A stretch of 64,000 nt of DNA. Source: Chloroflexota bacterium (GTDB lineage: Bacteria > Chloroflexota > Dehalococcoidia > Lucifugimonadales > Lucifugimonadaceae). Where the stretch lies: positions 737 through 64,736 of the forward strand of contig JAYZJV010000056.1 in NCBI GenBank assembly GCA_036164085.1, in the 5' to 3' direction. The notes under the pieces were generated by a model. The model made no database searches and was not told the DNA's origin. It was given only the letters and a program-made list of their open reading frames with translations. This document shows, piece after piece, positions 1-10,532 of this stretch (the first letter of the stretch is position 1; each line of letters begins with the position of its first letter). Both the position numbers and the translations under genes were made by a program.

Positions 1-2286
1 TTAATGCAAAAACTTTATTCCGTTTGTTTGGAATTAGCAAATACGACTCAAAGTGAAAAAATTAAAATAATACATGTTTTATTAGGTATTGTTGAACTAG
101 CGAATAATGCTCCAATAACAAGACTTATAAACAGAAGATCTTTGCAAGAATACAGAACAACAAATAATATTACTTTTGATTTGTTTTTAAGTAATAGATT
201 GACTGTAGATAATGTACAGTTTGCATATCTAGTAGCTAATCCAAATTCTGATCTCAAAACTAAAAAAGAAGAAATTGATTTTGATGATTCTAATGAGACG
301 ATAGACGATAAGCCCAAATATGAATTTTTAGATAAATATTCTGTTGATTTGACCAGTTTAGCGAAACAAAATCGCATAGATCCTATTATTGGAAGAGATT
401 CTGAAATAAAAAAAGTACAACAAATTTTGTTAAGAAGGACAAAAAACAATCCAGTTTTAATAGGAGATGCTGGAGTAGGGAAAACAGCAATAGCTGAAGG
501 GTTAGCTCTTAATATCATTGGTGGGAACGTTCACCCTTTATTAAAAGATAAAAGAGTCTTATCTTTACAATTAGGTCAATTGCTAGCGGGAACAGGAGTA
601 AGAGGAGAATTTGAAGAAAGAATGCAAACAATTATCAAAGAAATGGAAGATTCTCGAGGAGAAATAATTTTATTCATTGATGAAATTCACACAGTTGTTG
701 GTGCTGGATCAGGAGGAGGTGCTTTAGATGCCTCAAATATGATGAAACCTGCTCTAGCTAGAGGTAATCTTCAAACAATAGGAGCTACAACTCCAGATGA
801 ATACAGAAAATATATAGAATCAGACCAAGCTCTTGAAAGAAGATTTTCACCTGTTTTCATAAATGAACCTACAAAAGAATCATCTATAAAAATGCTACAA
901 GGATTAAGATATAAATATGAAAAACATCATGATTTAAAAATCTCTGATGAAGCTATTGAATCGGCAGTAACTTTGTCTGACAGATACATTAAAAATAGAT
1001 TTTTACCAGATAAAGCAATTGATTTAATGGATGAATCTTTATCAAGGGTAAAAATAGAAAATCCTTTAACTCCTGATCAAATTTCGGATATAGAAAAAGA
1101 AATTCAAGTTTTAAAAGAAGAGGAAAATAAGCTTTTTCAAGAAGGAAAAACTGTTGAATCAGAAGGGATTCTAGAAAAAAGGTATCAAAAAGAAGAGAAT
1201 TTGAAACTTCAAAGAGAACAATGGGGTTTTAATGAAAATCAAATAGAAATTGTTGAACCAAAACATATTGCCAAAGTTATTTCTGAAAAAACTGGGATAC
1301 CTATTGATAATTTAATTCAAAGTGAAGCAAAAAAATTATTAAAACTAGAAGAAAAATTACACGAAAGAGTAATAGGTCAAACCAAGGCAGTAGAAGGAAT
1401 TTCAAATTCTATAAGAAGGAGTCGAGCTGGATTACAGGATCCTACTAGACCTATCGGTTCATTCATATTTTTAGGACCCACAGGTGTAGGAAAAACAGAA
1501 CTTGCGAAGTCATTAGCAGAATTTTTATTTGATGATGAAAATAGTATTGTTCGAGTAGATATGTCTGAGTATAGAGAGAGCTATTCTATGTCAAGACTGA
1601 TTGGAGCTCCACCGGGATATGTAGGGTATGATGATGCAGGTCAGTTGACGGAAGCTGTTAGAAGAAATCCTTATAGTGTTATTTTGCTTGATGAAATAGA
1701 AAAAGCACATTCAGACATTTTTAATGTTTTGTTGCAAGTCCTAGATGATGGAAGATTAACAGATGGTCAAGGGCGAACTGTTGATTTTACAAATACTATA
1801 ATTATTATGACATCTAATTTAGGCAGTGATTTTATAAGTAAAGAATCATTAGGATTTATGAAGACATCAGAAGAAAAAAATGATGATATTCAAAATAATG
1901 TATCAGAATCTTTAAAATCTAATTTTAGACCAGAATTTTTAAACAGAATAGATGAAATAATTATTTTTGACTCTTTGACTCAGGAAGATTTACTGTTAAT
2001 TGTTGAAAAAGTTTTAGATGATCTTTCAAAAAAATTAAAAGATAAAAATTTAGAAATGAAAGTAAACAAAAAAGTTAAAGAGTTTATTGCTGAGCAAGGT
2101 TTTGATAAATATTATGGTGCAAGACCTTTAAGAAGGTTGTTACAAAAAGAAGTTGAAAATAAAGTTTCTAAAATGATTATTTCTAATGAAGTAAAAGAAG
2201 GTGAAGTTTTACAACTTACAATGAAAGAAAATGAAATAATAATTAATAGAAAAAGTAAAAAAAAATCTATCAATGATAAAAAATGA
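1..2286 (+). CDS. clpC: ClpC-like class I Clp/Hsp100 ATPase with two AAA+ modules, probably 5'-truncated by the window edge
   Basis: ORF 4..2286, with the frame open back to nt 1. Walker A motifs GDAGVGKTAIAEG and GPTGVGKTELAK and a short coiled-coil middle region. Only one Clp_N-like repeat precedes AAA-1, so the first repeat is likely upstream of the window. Confidence 0.9.
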   Translation, partial: LMQKLYSVCLELANTTQSEKIKIIHVLLGIVELANNAPITRLINRRSLQEYRTTNNITFDLFLSNRLTVDNVQFAYLVANPNSDLKTKKEEIDFDDSNETIDDKPKYEFLDKYSVDLTSLAKQNRIDPIIGRDSEIKKVQQILLRRTKNNPVLIGDAGVGKTAIAEGLALNIIGGNVHPLLKDKRVLSLQLGQLLAGTGVRGEFEERMQTIIKEMEDSRGEIILFIDEIHTVVGAGSGGGALDASNMMKPALARGNLQTIGATTPDEYRKYIESDQALERRFSPVFINEPTKESSIKMLQGLRYKYEKHHDLKISDEAIESAVTLSDRYIKNRFLPDKAIDLMDESLSRVKIENPLTPDQISDIEKEIQVLKEEENKLFQEGKTVESEGILEKRYQKEENLKLQREQWGFNENQIEIVEPKHIAKVISEKTGIPIDNLIQSEAKKLLKLEEKLHERVIGQTKAVEGISNSIRRSRAGLQDPTRPIGSFIFLGPTGVGKTELAKSLAEFLFDDENSIVRVDMSEYRESYSMSRLIGAPPGYVGYDDAGQLTEAVRRNPYSVILLDEIEKAHSDIFNVLLQVLDDGRLTDGQGRTVDFTNTIIIMTSNLGSDFISKESLGFMKTSEEKNDDIQNNVSESLKSNFRPEFLNRIDEIIIFDSLTQEDLLLIVEKVLDDLSKKLKDKNLEMKVNKKVKEFIAEQGFDKYYGARPLRRLLQKEVENKVSKMIISNEVKEGEVLQLTMKENEIIINRKSKKKSINDKK

Positions 2287-3424
2287 AAAAAAGATTTCTG
2301 CAATATTACTTGCAGCGGGTCAATCGAAAAGATTTGATCAAGATAAAATGTTTTTTGAACTTGATGGTATTCCAATTGCTATAAAATCTTTAGAAACTAT
2401 ACTAGATTTAGAATTTATAGATGATGTTATTATAGTTTCTTCTATAGACAACTATGAAAAATTTACAAACTATATTAAAAGCAAAAATTATTTTAATAAA
2501 ACAAAAATCATTCTAGGTTCTGATTCAAGAGTAGCTTCATTTATTAAAGCTTATGAATATATCAATGAAAATAATATGGATATTGATTTTTTGATTATTC
2601 ATGATGCAGCTAGACCTTATGTTTCAAAAAAATTATATGAGAAAGGGATAACCCTGTTAGAAACATATGATGCAGTAATTCCTGGATTGCCTCCTACAGA
2701 TACTGTAAAAATTATAGATGAATCAAATTTTGTAACTTCGACTTTAGATAGAGCTCGGTTGATAAATGTACAAACACCCCAATTCTTTAATAAAAAAGTT
2801 TTTTTCAATAATATTAAAAACCTGATCCCTTCAGAGATTTATACTGATGATTCATCTTTGTTAGATGGAACCTCGGTGAAGATTAAAGTAATACCTGGAG
2901 AATTAGAAAATAAGAAAATAACCACTAAAAATGATACGTATAATAACAAAAATTTATACGGTACAGGATTTGATATTCATCAATTAATTCGAGGTGAAAA
3001 ATTAAGAATAGGAGGAATTGATATTGATTTCCCTCTTAGTTTGGAAGGTCATTCTGATGGTGATGTTTTAATACATTCGATTATAGACTCTCTTTTAGGA
3101 GCAGCATCTTTGGGAGATATTGGTAAATACTTTCCTTCCTCTAATAAATCTTTGAAAAATATTGATTCAACTATTATGTTAGGCGAAGTAAAAGAGAAGA
3201 TAATAGAGAATGGATTTAAAATTGTGCACATAGACAATACTATAATTGCTCAAAAACCTAGAATGTCAGATTATATTGAAGACATGAAATTGAAGATTTC
3301 AAAAATTTTAAAAATCGAGAAAAAACAGATCAATATTAAGAGTACTACAACTGATTTTATTGGTATTATTGGTTCTGAAAAAGCTATTGCATCTCAATCA
3401 ATCTGTAGCTTAAAAAGAATTTAA
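2273..3424 (+). CDS. ispDF: Bifunctional IspD/IspF (MEP cytidylyltransferase fused to MEcPP synthase)
   Basis: N-terminal LLAAGQSKRF and IIHDAARP motifs (IspD). C-terminal GFDIHQL...GHSDGDVLIHSIIDSLLGA (IspF). Single 383-aa ORF overlapping the clpC stop by 14 nt. Confidence 0.9.
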   Translation: MIKNEKKISAILLAAGQSKRFDQDKMFFELDGIPIAIKSLETILDLEFIDDVIIVSSIDNYEKFTNYIKSKNYFNKTKIILGSDSRVASFIKAYEYINENNMDIDFLIIHDAARPYVSKKLYEKGITLLETYDAVIPGLPPTDTVKIIDESNFVTSTLDRARLINVQTPQFFNKKVFFNNIKNLIPSEIYTDDSSLLDGTSVKIKVIPGELENKKITTKNDTYNNKNLYGTGFDIHQLIRGEKLRIGGIDIDFPLSLEGHSDGDVLIHSIIDSLLGAASLGDIGKYFPSSNKSLKNIDSTIMLGEVKEKIIENGFKIVHIDNTIIAQKPRMSDYIEDMKLKISKILKIEKKQINIKSTTTDFIGIIGSEKAIASQSICSLKRI

Positions 3425-3426
3425 TT

Positions 3427-4761
3427 ATGTATTTATATAACACTTTAACCAAACAAAAAGAAAAATTAGCAAAAAAAGAAATTAAAATGTATGTGTGTGG
3501 TGTAACTGTATATGATAGACCTCATTTAGGACATGCTTTATCTACTATAACCTTTGATGTATTACATAGATTTCTAGAATTTATAGATTTCAAGGTTACC
3601 AGAGTCCAAAATTTTACAGATGTGGATGATAAGATTATTTCAAAATCTAAAGAATTGAATATTTCACCAAAAGAAGTGGCTGAAAAATATATAAAAGCTT
3701 TCTTTGAAGATATGGATAACTTGGGTGTAAGAAGAGCAGATGTTCATCCTCGTGCAACACAAGATATGAAAGAAATAATCGAGTTGATTAATAATTTGAT
3801 AGAGAAAAAAGCTGCATATGAAATGAATGGAAGTGTATATTTTGATGTTGAATTCACAAACGATTATGGGAAATTATCAGGAAGAAACTTAAAAGATTTA
3901 ATAGAAGGTAACAGAATAGAAAATGAACCTAATAAAAAACACCCTGGTGATTTTGCACTTTGGAAACATGCAGAAGAAAATGAAACACATTGGGATAGCC
4001 CATGGGGAAAAGGTAGACCAGGATGGCATATAGAATGCTCAGCAATGGTAAAAAAACATCTTGGAGAATCTATAGACATACACGGTGGGGGATTAGATTT
4101 GATTTTCCCTCATCATGAAAATGAAATTGCTCAGAGTGAAGCATCTACTGGATATAAGCCTTTTGCAAAAATTTGGGTTCATAATGGTTTACTTAAGAGA
4201 TCTGGAGATGAAAAAATGAGTAAATCTCTGGGAAACTCGCTTGATGTAAAAGAAGCTTTAGAAAAATACTCAGGAAATTCTATAAGACTTTGGATTTTAC
4301 AAAGCCATTATAGACAACCAAGCTCTTTAGATGAAAACTCATTAGAAATAGCACAAAAGACAATTCAAAGAATTGAAAGAACTCTTATTTTAAAAGGAGA
4401 ATCAGGGTTTGATATAAAAGATTATAAAGAAAAATTCTTAGACGCCATGATAGATGATTTAGGAACCCCTAAAGCAATTGCTACAATTTTTCAATTAGTA
4501 CACGATATAAATAAATCTTATGATTCCAATAAAAAAATAAGCGAAGGAATTATTTTGCTTAAGGAATTGTTAAGTATTCTAGGATTTGATTTTCAAAACA
4601 AAGTTCAAGATGATTCTAAAATTATTGAATTGATAAATAAAAGGGATCAATTAAGGTTAGAAAAAGAATATGAAAAGGCTGATCAAATTAGAAATGAACT
4701 ATTGTCAAAAGGGATTGAAATTCTAGACTCAAAAGAGGGAACATCCTTCAGAAGGATTTAA
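3427..4761 (+). CDS. cysS: Cysteine--tRNA ligase
   Basis: Class I aaRS signatures HLGH (RPHLGHALS) and KMSKS. 444 aa. Starts 3 nt after ispDF. Confidence 0.93.
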   Translation: MYLYNTLTKQKEKLAKKEIKMYVCGVTVYDRPHLGHALSTITFDVLHRFLEFIDFKVTRVQNFTDVDDKIISKSKELNISPKEVAEKYIKAFFEDMDNLGVRRADVHPRATQDMKEIIELINNLIEKKAAYEMNGSVYFDVEFTNDYGKLSGRNLKDLIEGNRIENEPNKKHPGDFALWKHAEENETHWDSPWGKGRPGWHIECSAMVKKHLGESIDIHGGGLDLIFPHHENEIAQSEASTGYKPFAKIWVHNGLLKRSGDEKMSKSLGNSLDVKEALEKYSGNSIRLWILQSHYRQPSSLDENSLEIAQKTIQRIERTLILKGESGFDIKDYKEKFLDAMIDDLGTPKAIATIFQLVHDINKSYDSNKKISEGIILLKELLSILGFDFQNKVQDDSKIIELINKRDQLRLEKEYEKADQIRNELLSKGIEILDSKEGTSFRRI

Positions 4762-4970
4762 AACCTTACATTTAGTACTGCTACACCTACAAATAATATT
4801 ATTAATATTATTGTTAATCTAAAAAGTATTTGTTCTATACCTCTTCTAGATCTATACGACCCGTCAGATTGACCAAATAAACCAGCGCTACTGCCTCTTG
4901 TTTGCAATAGAATTACAGCAACTATTATTACTGCAAAAACCATCATTAATATTGAAAAAAGTAAATCCAA
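4758..4970 (-). CDS. secG: Preprotein translocase subunit SecG
   Basis: 70 aa with two hydrophobic helices flanking a Gly/Ser-rich loop (LLQTRGSSAGLFGQSDG). Convergent 4-nt overlap with cysS. Confidence 0.75.
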   Translation of the reverse strand: MDLLFSILMMVFAVIIVAVILLQTRGSSAGLFGQSDGSYRSRRGIEQILFRLTIILIILFVGVAVLNVRF

Positions 4971-4987
4971 AATTTCCTCAATTTCTA

Positions 4988-6433
4988 TTATTTTGTTTTT
5001 AATATTTTTGTTATTATTTCATTAGAAATCTTTGGGTCAGCTTGACCTTTCGTTTCTTTCATAACTTGCCCCAATAAAAACTTTTGGGATTGTTCTTTAC
5101 CTGCTTTGAAATCCTCCACAGCTTTCGGGTTATTTTCAATTATATTACTTATTGTATCCTCTAATTCATTGGTATCAGATATAATTGCAAGGTTTTTATT
5201 AGAAATGATGTCTTCTGGTTTAGATCCAGTATTCCACATTTCTTCTAGCACGGTTTTGAGAATTTTGTTATTAATTTTTTTGTCAAAATATATTTTAACT
5301 AAATTTGCTAAGTCAATGGGTTTAAATTTTATCTCATCAAAAGTTATTGTCTTTATATTCAAAAGTCTATTAAATTCACCATTCATTAAATTTGCAATGT
5401 ACTTTATTGACTCGATGTTATTTTTATTTGAGTCTATGACATTTTCAAAGAAATTAGAAAAATCAATATCACTAGTGAGTAAATCAGAATCGTATTCACT
5501 AAGCTCATATCTGTTCATGTATTTTTCTTTTCTACTTTTTGGTAATTCTGGCAAAAGGTTTTTTATTTCTTTGACCCATTCAAAGCTAATTTCTAATGGA
5601 GGAATATCAGGTTCAGGAAAATATCTATAATCATTTGATTCTTCTTTTGTTCTTTGAGAAATAGTAATAGATTTCTCATCCGACCACCCTCTTGTTTCTT
5701 GAATGATTTTTTCATTTGTTTGTTTGCATTTTATTTGTCTTTTAATTTCATAATCCACTGCTTCTGCAACTGCAGAAACTCTATTCATATTTTTTATTTC
5801 TACTTTTGTCCCGAGCTCTTTTGAACCTTTTTCTCTTATACTTATGTTTGCATCACATCTAAAGGAACCCTCTTCCATATTTGCTGATCCAACTCCGATA
5901 TATCTTATTATTTTTTGTAAGTTTTCAATATATTCGATGACTTCTTTTGAAGAATTCAAATCAGGTTCCGTAACAATTTCCATTAAAGGTGTTCCAGATC
6001 GATTAATATCTAATAAACTGTAATTGGCATCATTAGTGTTTACATGAGTTAATTTAGCTACATCTTCTTCCATATGAACTCTATTAATTCTTATGTTTTT
6101 ATTATTTGAAAGTTTCATAATTCCTTCAAAGCAAATGGGTTCATCAAATTGTGAAATCTGGTACCCTTTCATCAAATCAGGATAAAAATACTGTTTTCTA
6201 TCAAATTTTGTTTTATCTGAAATACTGCAATCTAAAGCTAGCCCTATCATAATAGCGCTTTCAACGGCTTTTTTATTAACCACTGGAAGTGCACCTGGTA
6301 ATCCCATAGAAGTGGGATCAACAAGTGTATTTGGCTCTTTATTTTGGTATTTTGCACTAGATAAGCTAAACATTTTAGACGATGTGTTTAATTGCACGTG
6401 AGTTTCTAATCCAATAACCGCTTCATAATTCAT
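4988..6433 (-). CDS. gatB: Asp/Glu-tRNA amidotransferase subunit B
   Basis: 481 aa. N-terminal YEAVIGLETHVQL motif and a C-terminal GatB/YqeY-like tail (LLGQVMKETKGQADP). Confidence 0.93.
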   Translation of the reverse strand: MNYEAVIGLETHVQLNTSSKMFSLSSAKYQNKEPNTLVDPTSMGLPGALPVVNKKAVESAIMIGLALDCSISDKTKFDRKQYFYPDLMKGYQISQFDEPICFEGIMKLSNNKNIRINRVHMEEDVAKLTHVNTNDANYSLLDINRSGTPLMEIVTEPDLNSSKEVIEYIENLQKIIRYIGVGSANMEEGSFRCDANISIREKGSKELGTKVEIKNMNRVSAVAEAVDYEIKRQIKCKQTNEKIIQETRGWSDEKSITISQRTKEESNDYRYFPEPDIPPLEISFEWVKEIKNLLPELPKSRKEKYMNRYELSEYDSDLLTSDIDFSNFFENVIDSNKNNIESIKYIANLMNGEFNRLLNIKTITFDEIKFKPIDLANLVKIYFDKKINNKILKTVLEEMWNTGSKPEDIISNKNLAIISDTNELEDTISNIIENNPKAVEDFKAGKEQSQKFLLGQVMKETKGQADPKISNEIITKILKTK

Positions 6434-6531
6434 TTTTTCTAATCTGAAATTTAATGTATTTTAATATTCTATATTACTCGAATTAAAAGATATAATATTA
6501 AAGCAAAGAAAAAAAATTATTAGGAGAATGT

Positions 6532-7998
6532 ATGCCTACTCCAGATAGTATCTCTAGAGATACTGATTTATCAGGAATGGATGAATATAAGTGGGGATTT
6601 ACCACTGATGTAGAAACCGAATTGGCCCCAAAAGGGTTAGATGAATCAATAGTTAGATTAATTTCAACAAAAAAACAAGAACCTAAATGGTTACTTGAAT
6701 GGAGATTGAAAGCATTTAAACATTGGGAAAAGTTAAATAAGAATTCTAAGGAACCTCAATGGGCTAAAGTAAAATATCCTCCAATTGATTTTCAAGATAT
6801 TTATTATTATGCTGCTCCAAAATCCATGTCGGAATCACCTAAATCTCTAGATGACGTAGATCCTGAAATGCTCGAAACGTTTGAAAAATTAGGTATTCCT
6901 ATAAGCGAAAGAGAAAAATTAGCAGGTGTAGCAGTAGATGCAGTTTTTGATTCAGTTTCTGTTGCGAATACTCTTGATGACCAGTTAAAAGATATGGGGA
7001 TAATTTTTTGTTCTTTTAATGAAGCGGTCAAAAATCATCCGGATTTGGTAAAAAAATATTTAGGTTCAGTTGTTCCATATTCAGATAATTTTTATTCCGC
7101 ATTAAATTCTGCAGTTTTTAGTGACGGTTCGTTTGCATATATTCCTCCTGGAGTGAGATGCCCTATAGAATTAATGACTTATTTTAGAATAAATACCGAA
7201 GGATCTGGTCAATTTGAAAGAACTTTGATTGTTGCTGATGAAGGCGCATACGTATCTTATCTTGAAGGCTGTACAGCACCTTTTAGAAAAACTTCTCAGT
7301 TGCATGCAGCTGTTGTTGAATTAGTTGCTATGAAAAATTCTGAAATTAAATACTCTACTGTTCAAAATTGGTTTCCTGGAACAAAAGATGGAGAAGGTGG
7401 TGTTTATAATTTTGTTACAAAAAGAGGTAAAGCTTTTGAAGATTCGAAAATTTCTTGGACACAAGTAGAAACAGGTTCAGCAATTACTTGGAAATATCCA
7501 TCTGTAATTCTTCAGGGAGATAACTCTACAGGAGAATTTTATTCAGTTGCAATGGCAAATAATTACCAACAAGCAGACACTGGAACCAAAATGATTCATA
7601 TAGGTAAAAACACGAAATCAACAGTTGTTTCAAAGGGTATTTCAGCGGGGAAAGGTCAAAATACATATCGAGGACAAATAAAAATCATGCCTTCAGCTGA
7701 AGGAGCAATGAATCATACACAATGCGATTCATTATTAATTGGAGACAAATGTGGAGCGCATACAGTTCCATATATTGAGGTAAGGAATTCTTCAGCTAGG
7801 CTTGAACATGAGGCATCAACATCAAAAGTATCTGAAGATCAGCTTTTTTATTTGATGTCTAGAGGCTTATCTGAAGAAGAAGCAAACCATATGATTATAA
7901 CTGGTTGGAGCAAAGATGTTATAAAAGAATTACCTTTTGAATTTTCTTTAGAAGCCACACAATTACTAAAAGTCAGCTTAGAAGGAGCTGTTGGATAA
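6532..7998 (+). CDS. sufB: Fe-S cluster assembly protein SufB
   Basis: 488 aa with typical SufB sequence (YKWGF..., CTAPF, FVTKRG..., SRGLSEEEA). Followed by sufC and sufD. RBS taggagaa upstream. Confidence 0.95.
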   Translation: MPTPDSISRDTDLSGMDEYKWGFTTDVETELAPKGLDESIVRLISTKKQEPKWLLEWRLKAFKHWEKLNKNSKEPQWAKVKYPPIDFQDIYYYAAPKSMSESPKSLDDVDPEMLETFEKLGIPISEREKLAGVAVDAVFDSVSVANTLDDQLKDMGIIFCSFNEAVKNHPDLVKKYLGSVVPYSDNFYSALNSAVFSDGSFAYIPPGVRCPIELMTYFRINTEGSGQFERTLIVADEGAYVSYLEGCTAPFRKTSQLHAAVVELVAMKNSEIKYSTVQNWFPGTKDGEGGVYNFVTKRGKAFEDSKISWTQVETGSAITWKYPSVILQGDNSTGEFYSVAMANNYQQADTGTKMIHIGKNTKSTVVSKGISAGKGQNTYRGQIKIMPSAEGAMNHTQCDSLLIGDKCGAHTVPYIEVRNSSARLEHEASTSKVSEDQLFYLMSRGLSEEEANHMIITGWSKDVIKELPFEFSLEATQLLKVSLEGAVG

Positions 7999-8015
7999 AT
8001 ACTGGAGTTATTAAA

Positions 8016-8774
8016 ATGCTTGAAATTAAAAATTTAAAAGCTCATGTACTAGAGAGTGAAGACTTGATATTGAAAGGTATAAATTTATCAATTAACGCAG
8101 GAGAGATACATGCAATTATGGGACCTAATGGTTCAGGTAAAAGTACCTTAGCAAACGTATTGGCAGGTAAACCAGATTATGAAATTACTGATGGAGAAAT
8201 TAATTTTATGAAAAAAATAATTAATGAGCTCCCTCCTGATGAAAGATCTCATTTAGGAATGTTTTTAGCATTTCAATACCCTGCCGAAATTCCAGGAGTT
8301 AGGTCATTTCAAATGTTAAAATCTTCTCTAGATTCAAAAAATGATTTTTTGAAAAAAGATAAACTTTCTGTAAGAGAATTCTCGAAGCTTTATGACCAAA
8401 AAGTGAAAGAAATGGGAATTGACACTGATTTAACCAAAAGATCTTTAAATTTTGGTTTTTCTGGAGGAGAAAAGAAAAAAAATGAGATTTTACAACTTTC
8501 TATTTTGCAACCAAGGTTAGCTATTTTAGATGAAACTGACTCTGGGCTTGATGTAGATGCTCTAAAGGCGGTGTCTGATGGAGTAAATTTAATGAGATCA
8601 AAAGACAGGTCTTTTATAATTGTCACTCATTATCAAAGAATTTTGAACTATATAGAACCAGATTATGTACATATTTTAGTTGATGGTGAAATTGTCAAAT
8701 CTGGAACCAAAGAATTAGCACTAGATATAGAAACCAATGGTTATGAAAATATAATTGCTGGGTTACGCAAATAA
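8016..8774 (+). CDS. sufC: Fe-S cluster assembly ATPase SufC
   Basis: Walker A GPNGSGKST, signature FSGGEKKK, Walker B LAILDETDSGLD, H-loop VTHY. Confidence 0.95.
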   Translation: MLEIKNLKAHVLESEDLILKGINLSINAGEIHAIMGPNGSGKSTLANVLAGKPDYEITDGEINFMKKIINELPPDERSHLGMFLAFQYPAEIPGVRSFQMLKSSLDSKNDFLKKDKLSVREFSKLYDQKVKEMGIDTDLTKRSLNFGFSGGEKKKNEILQLSILQPRLAILDETDSGLDVDALKAVSDGVNLMRSKDRSFIIVTHYQRILNYIEPDYVHILVDGEIVKSGTKELALDIETNGYENIIAGLRK

Positions 8775-8775
8775 A

Positions 8776-10080
8776 ATGAAAAAAATTGTATTCGACAATC
8801 TTAATGAATTGAATAAACCTTCTGAATTTTCTAACAAAAGTGTAAATAATATTAATAATTTAGGCTGGGAAAGTTTTACTAAAAATGGGCTTCCTCCTAA
8901 TCCTAAAACTACCGAATTGTGGAAGTATACCAACTTTCATAATCTAAGGAAAACTAAGTTCTATTTGCCTCAAAGAAAATCATTTGATCCCAGTATTAGT
9001 CCAAAAGTTTTTTCAAGTGATAATTTTGAAACTATTTATATAGTTGATGGTTTTTTTGATCCTGAAAGGTCTAACTTTTCTGATAATATTACAGTCGAAA
9101 AATCAAATAATCTGAAGAAATTACAACCTCTTTCTGACACATTCGGAAGAATAGCGATTAATGATGAGAATGAAATGATTGCTTTAAATTCTGCTTTTAT
9201 GCTAGATCCTATTTTTATTTCTATTGGAGATTCTGAAAAAGATACAAATTTAAATATTGTTATTTTGACTACAAATAGAAAAAATAATACATCTAGCTTT
9301 CCAAGGTTATTTGTTCAAGTTAATTCTAAGGCTCAAACTAATATTCTCGAGTCTTATTTTAATTTATCCTCTGATGAGACTAATAATTTAGTAGTACCAG
9401 TAATAGAATATTTGTTAGAAAAACAAAGCGATGTTTCTCACAAAAGAGTTCAAATGGATTCAGGTAATTCATTCTTCTTTAATTTTGATAGAATACTGCA
9501 AAAAGAAGATTCAAAATTTAAGTCTACTTCCTTTTCTTTATCTGGCTTGCTTTCAAGGTATGATATTCACAGTGATTTAGTGGGTGTAAATTCTCAATGT
9601 AATTTTCATGGATTGTATATAACTAATAAAAATCAACTTCAAGAAAATGAAATTTCAATAACCCATTCTGTTGAAAAGTGTTCTAGCGACCAGATGTTTA
9701 AAGGTATTTTAGCGGGCAAATCAAAAGCCGTATTTAGTGGAAAAGTTTTAGTAAAGCAAGATGCTCAAAAAACAAGAGCATTTCAGAAAGACTTAAACTT
9801 CTTATTATCAAAAGATTGTGAAGTAGATACCAAGCCTAGTTTAGAAATATATGCTGATGATGTTGAATGTAGTCATGGAGCTACAGCAGGTAATATGGAT
9901 AAAAATATGTTATTTTATCTTCAGAGTAGAGGAATAAATATTGATGATGCAATGTCAATGTTGATCAGAGGATTTGCTCAAGAAATTATTGATGAATTTG
10001 AAGACGAAGAAATAATAGAATATTTAGAAAATTCGATAGATGATGCTATCCCCTCATTGGACATTCAAGGAATAATGTAG
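8776..10080 (+). CDS. sufD: Fe-S cluster assembly protein SufD
   Basis: ORF-track entry 8755..10080. I prefer the ATG at 8776, just after the sufC stop (8772-8774). SufB/D-type C-terminus (ECSHGATAGNMDKNMLFYLQSRGI). Confidence 0.88.
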   Translation: MKKIVFDNLNELNKPSEFSNKSVNNINNLGWESFTKNGLPPNPKTTELWKYTNFHNLRKTKFYLPQRKSFDPSISPKVFSSDNFETIYIVDGFFDPERSNFSDNITVEKSNNLKKLQPLSDTFGRIAINDENEMIALNSAFMLDPIFISIGDSEKDTNLNIVILTTNRKNNTSSFPRLFVQVNSKAQTNILESYFNLSSDETNNLVVPVIEYLLEKQSDVSHKRVQMDSGNSFFFNFDRILQKEDSKFKSTSFSLSGLLSRYDIHSDLVGVNSQCNFHGLYITNKNQLQENEISITHSVEKCSSDQMFKGILAGKSKAVFSGKVLVKQDAQKTRAFQKDLNFLLSKDCEVDTKPSLEIYADDVECSHGATAGNMDKNMLFYLQSRGINIDDAMSMLIRGFAQEIIDEFEDEEIIEYLENSIDDAIPSLDIQGIM

Positions 10081-10082
10081 AC

Positions 10083-10532
10083 ATGGTAAACGATGAATTA
10101 AATGAAATGTATGAAGAGATTGTGATGGATCATTATCATAATCCTAGAAACACTGATTTATTAGAAGCTCCTGATTTTGAGGTTGAAAAAAATAATCCTT
10201 TCTGTGGCGATGAGATTAAGATTCAATTAAATGTTCAAGAAGAAAATAAGGTTTCTATAGCTGTTACAGGAAGGGGATGTGCAATATCTCAAGCTTCAGG
10301 ATCATTATTAGCTGAAAAAATAAATATGATTGATGCTAAAGATCTTCAGAAGACTGTAGATCTTTTTAGAAAATTGATAAAAAGTGAAGAACTTACTGAA
10401 GAAGAGCTTGATGTTTTGGGTGATATTTCTGCATTATCTGGAGTTAGGAAATTTCCTGTAAGGATTAAGTGTGCAATGTTATCTTGGGTAGCATTAGAAG
10501 ATATAATTAATCAATCTAAGCCAATAAATTAA
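10083..10532 (+). CDS. sufU: SUF-system NifU/IscU-like sulfur-transfer scaffold (SufU type)
   Basis: 149 aa with three conserved Cys contexts (NPFCGDE, GRGCAISQAS, RIKCAMLSW). Directly follows sufD. Confidence 0.85.
   Translation: MVNDELNEMYEEIVMDHYHNPRNTDLLEAPDFEVEKNNPFCGDEIKIQLNVQEENKVSIAVTGRGCAISQASGSLLAEKINMIDAKDLQKTVDLFRKLIKSEELTEEELDVLGDISALSGVRKFPVRIKCAMLSWVALEDIINQSKPIN

Noticed and set aside
48-518. Long ORFs antisense to, or out of frame within, clear genes. Examples: 48..518(-), 5106..5630(+), 15426..15686(+), 24953..25393(+), 42795..43175(-), 60872..61219(+), 62931..63251(-), 63588..63896(-).
   Set aside because: Each lies entirely inside or across a strongly supported conserved gene. 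They have low-complexity or hydrophobic translations with no recognisable motifs and no RBS. I treated them as shadow ORFs.
8755-8775. Upstream alternative starts given by the ORF track: sufD at 8755, enolase at 16051, dehydrogenase at 30516.
   Set aside because: Downstream ATGs (8776, 16093, 30501) fit the homologue N-termini better and avoid long overlaps. In the dehydrogenase case the extra codons contain the SD itself.
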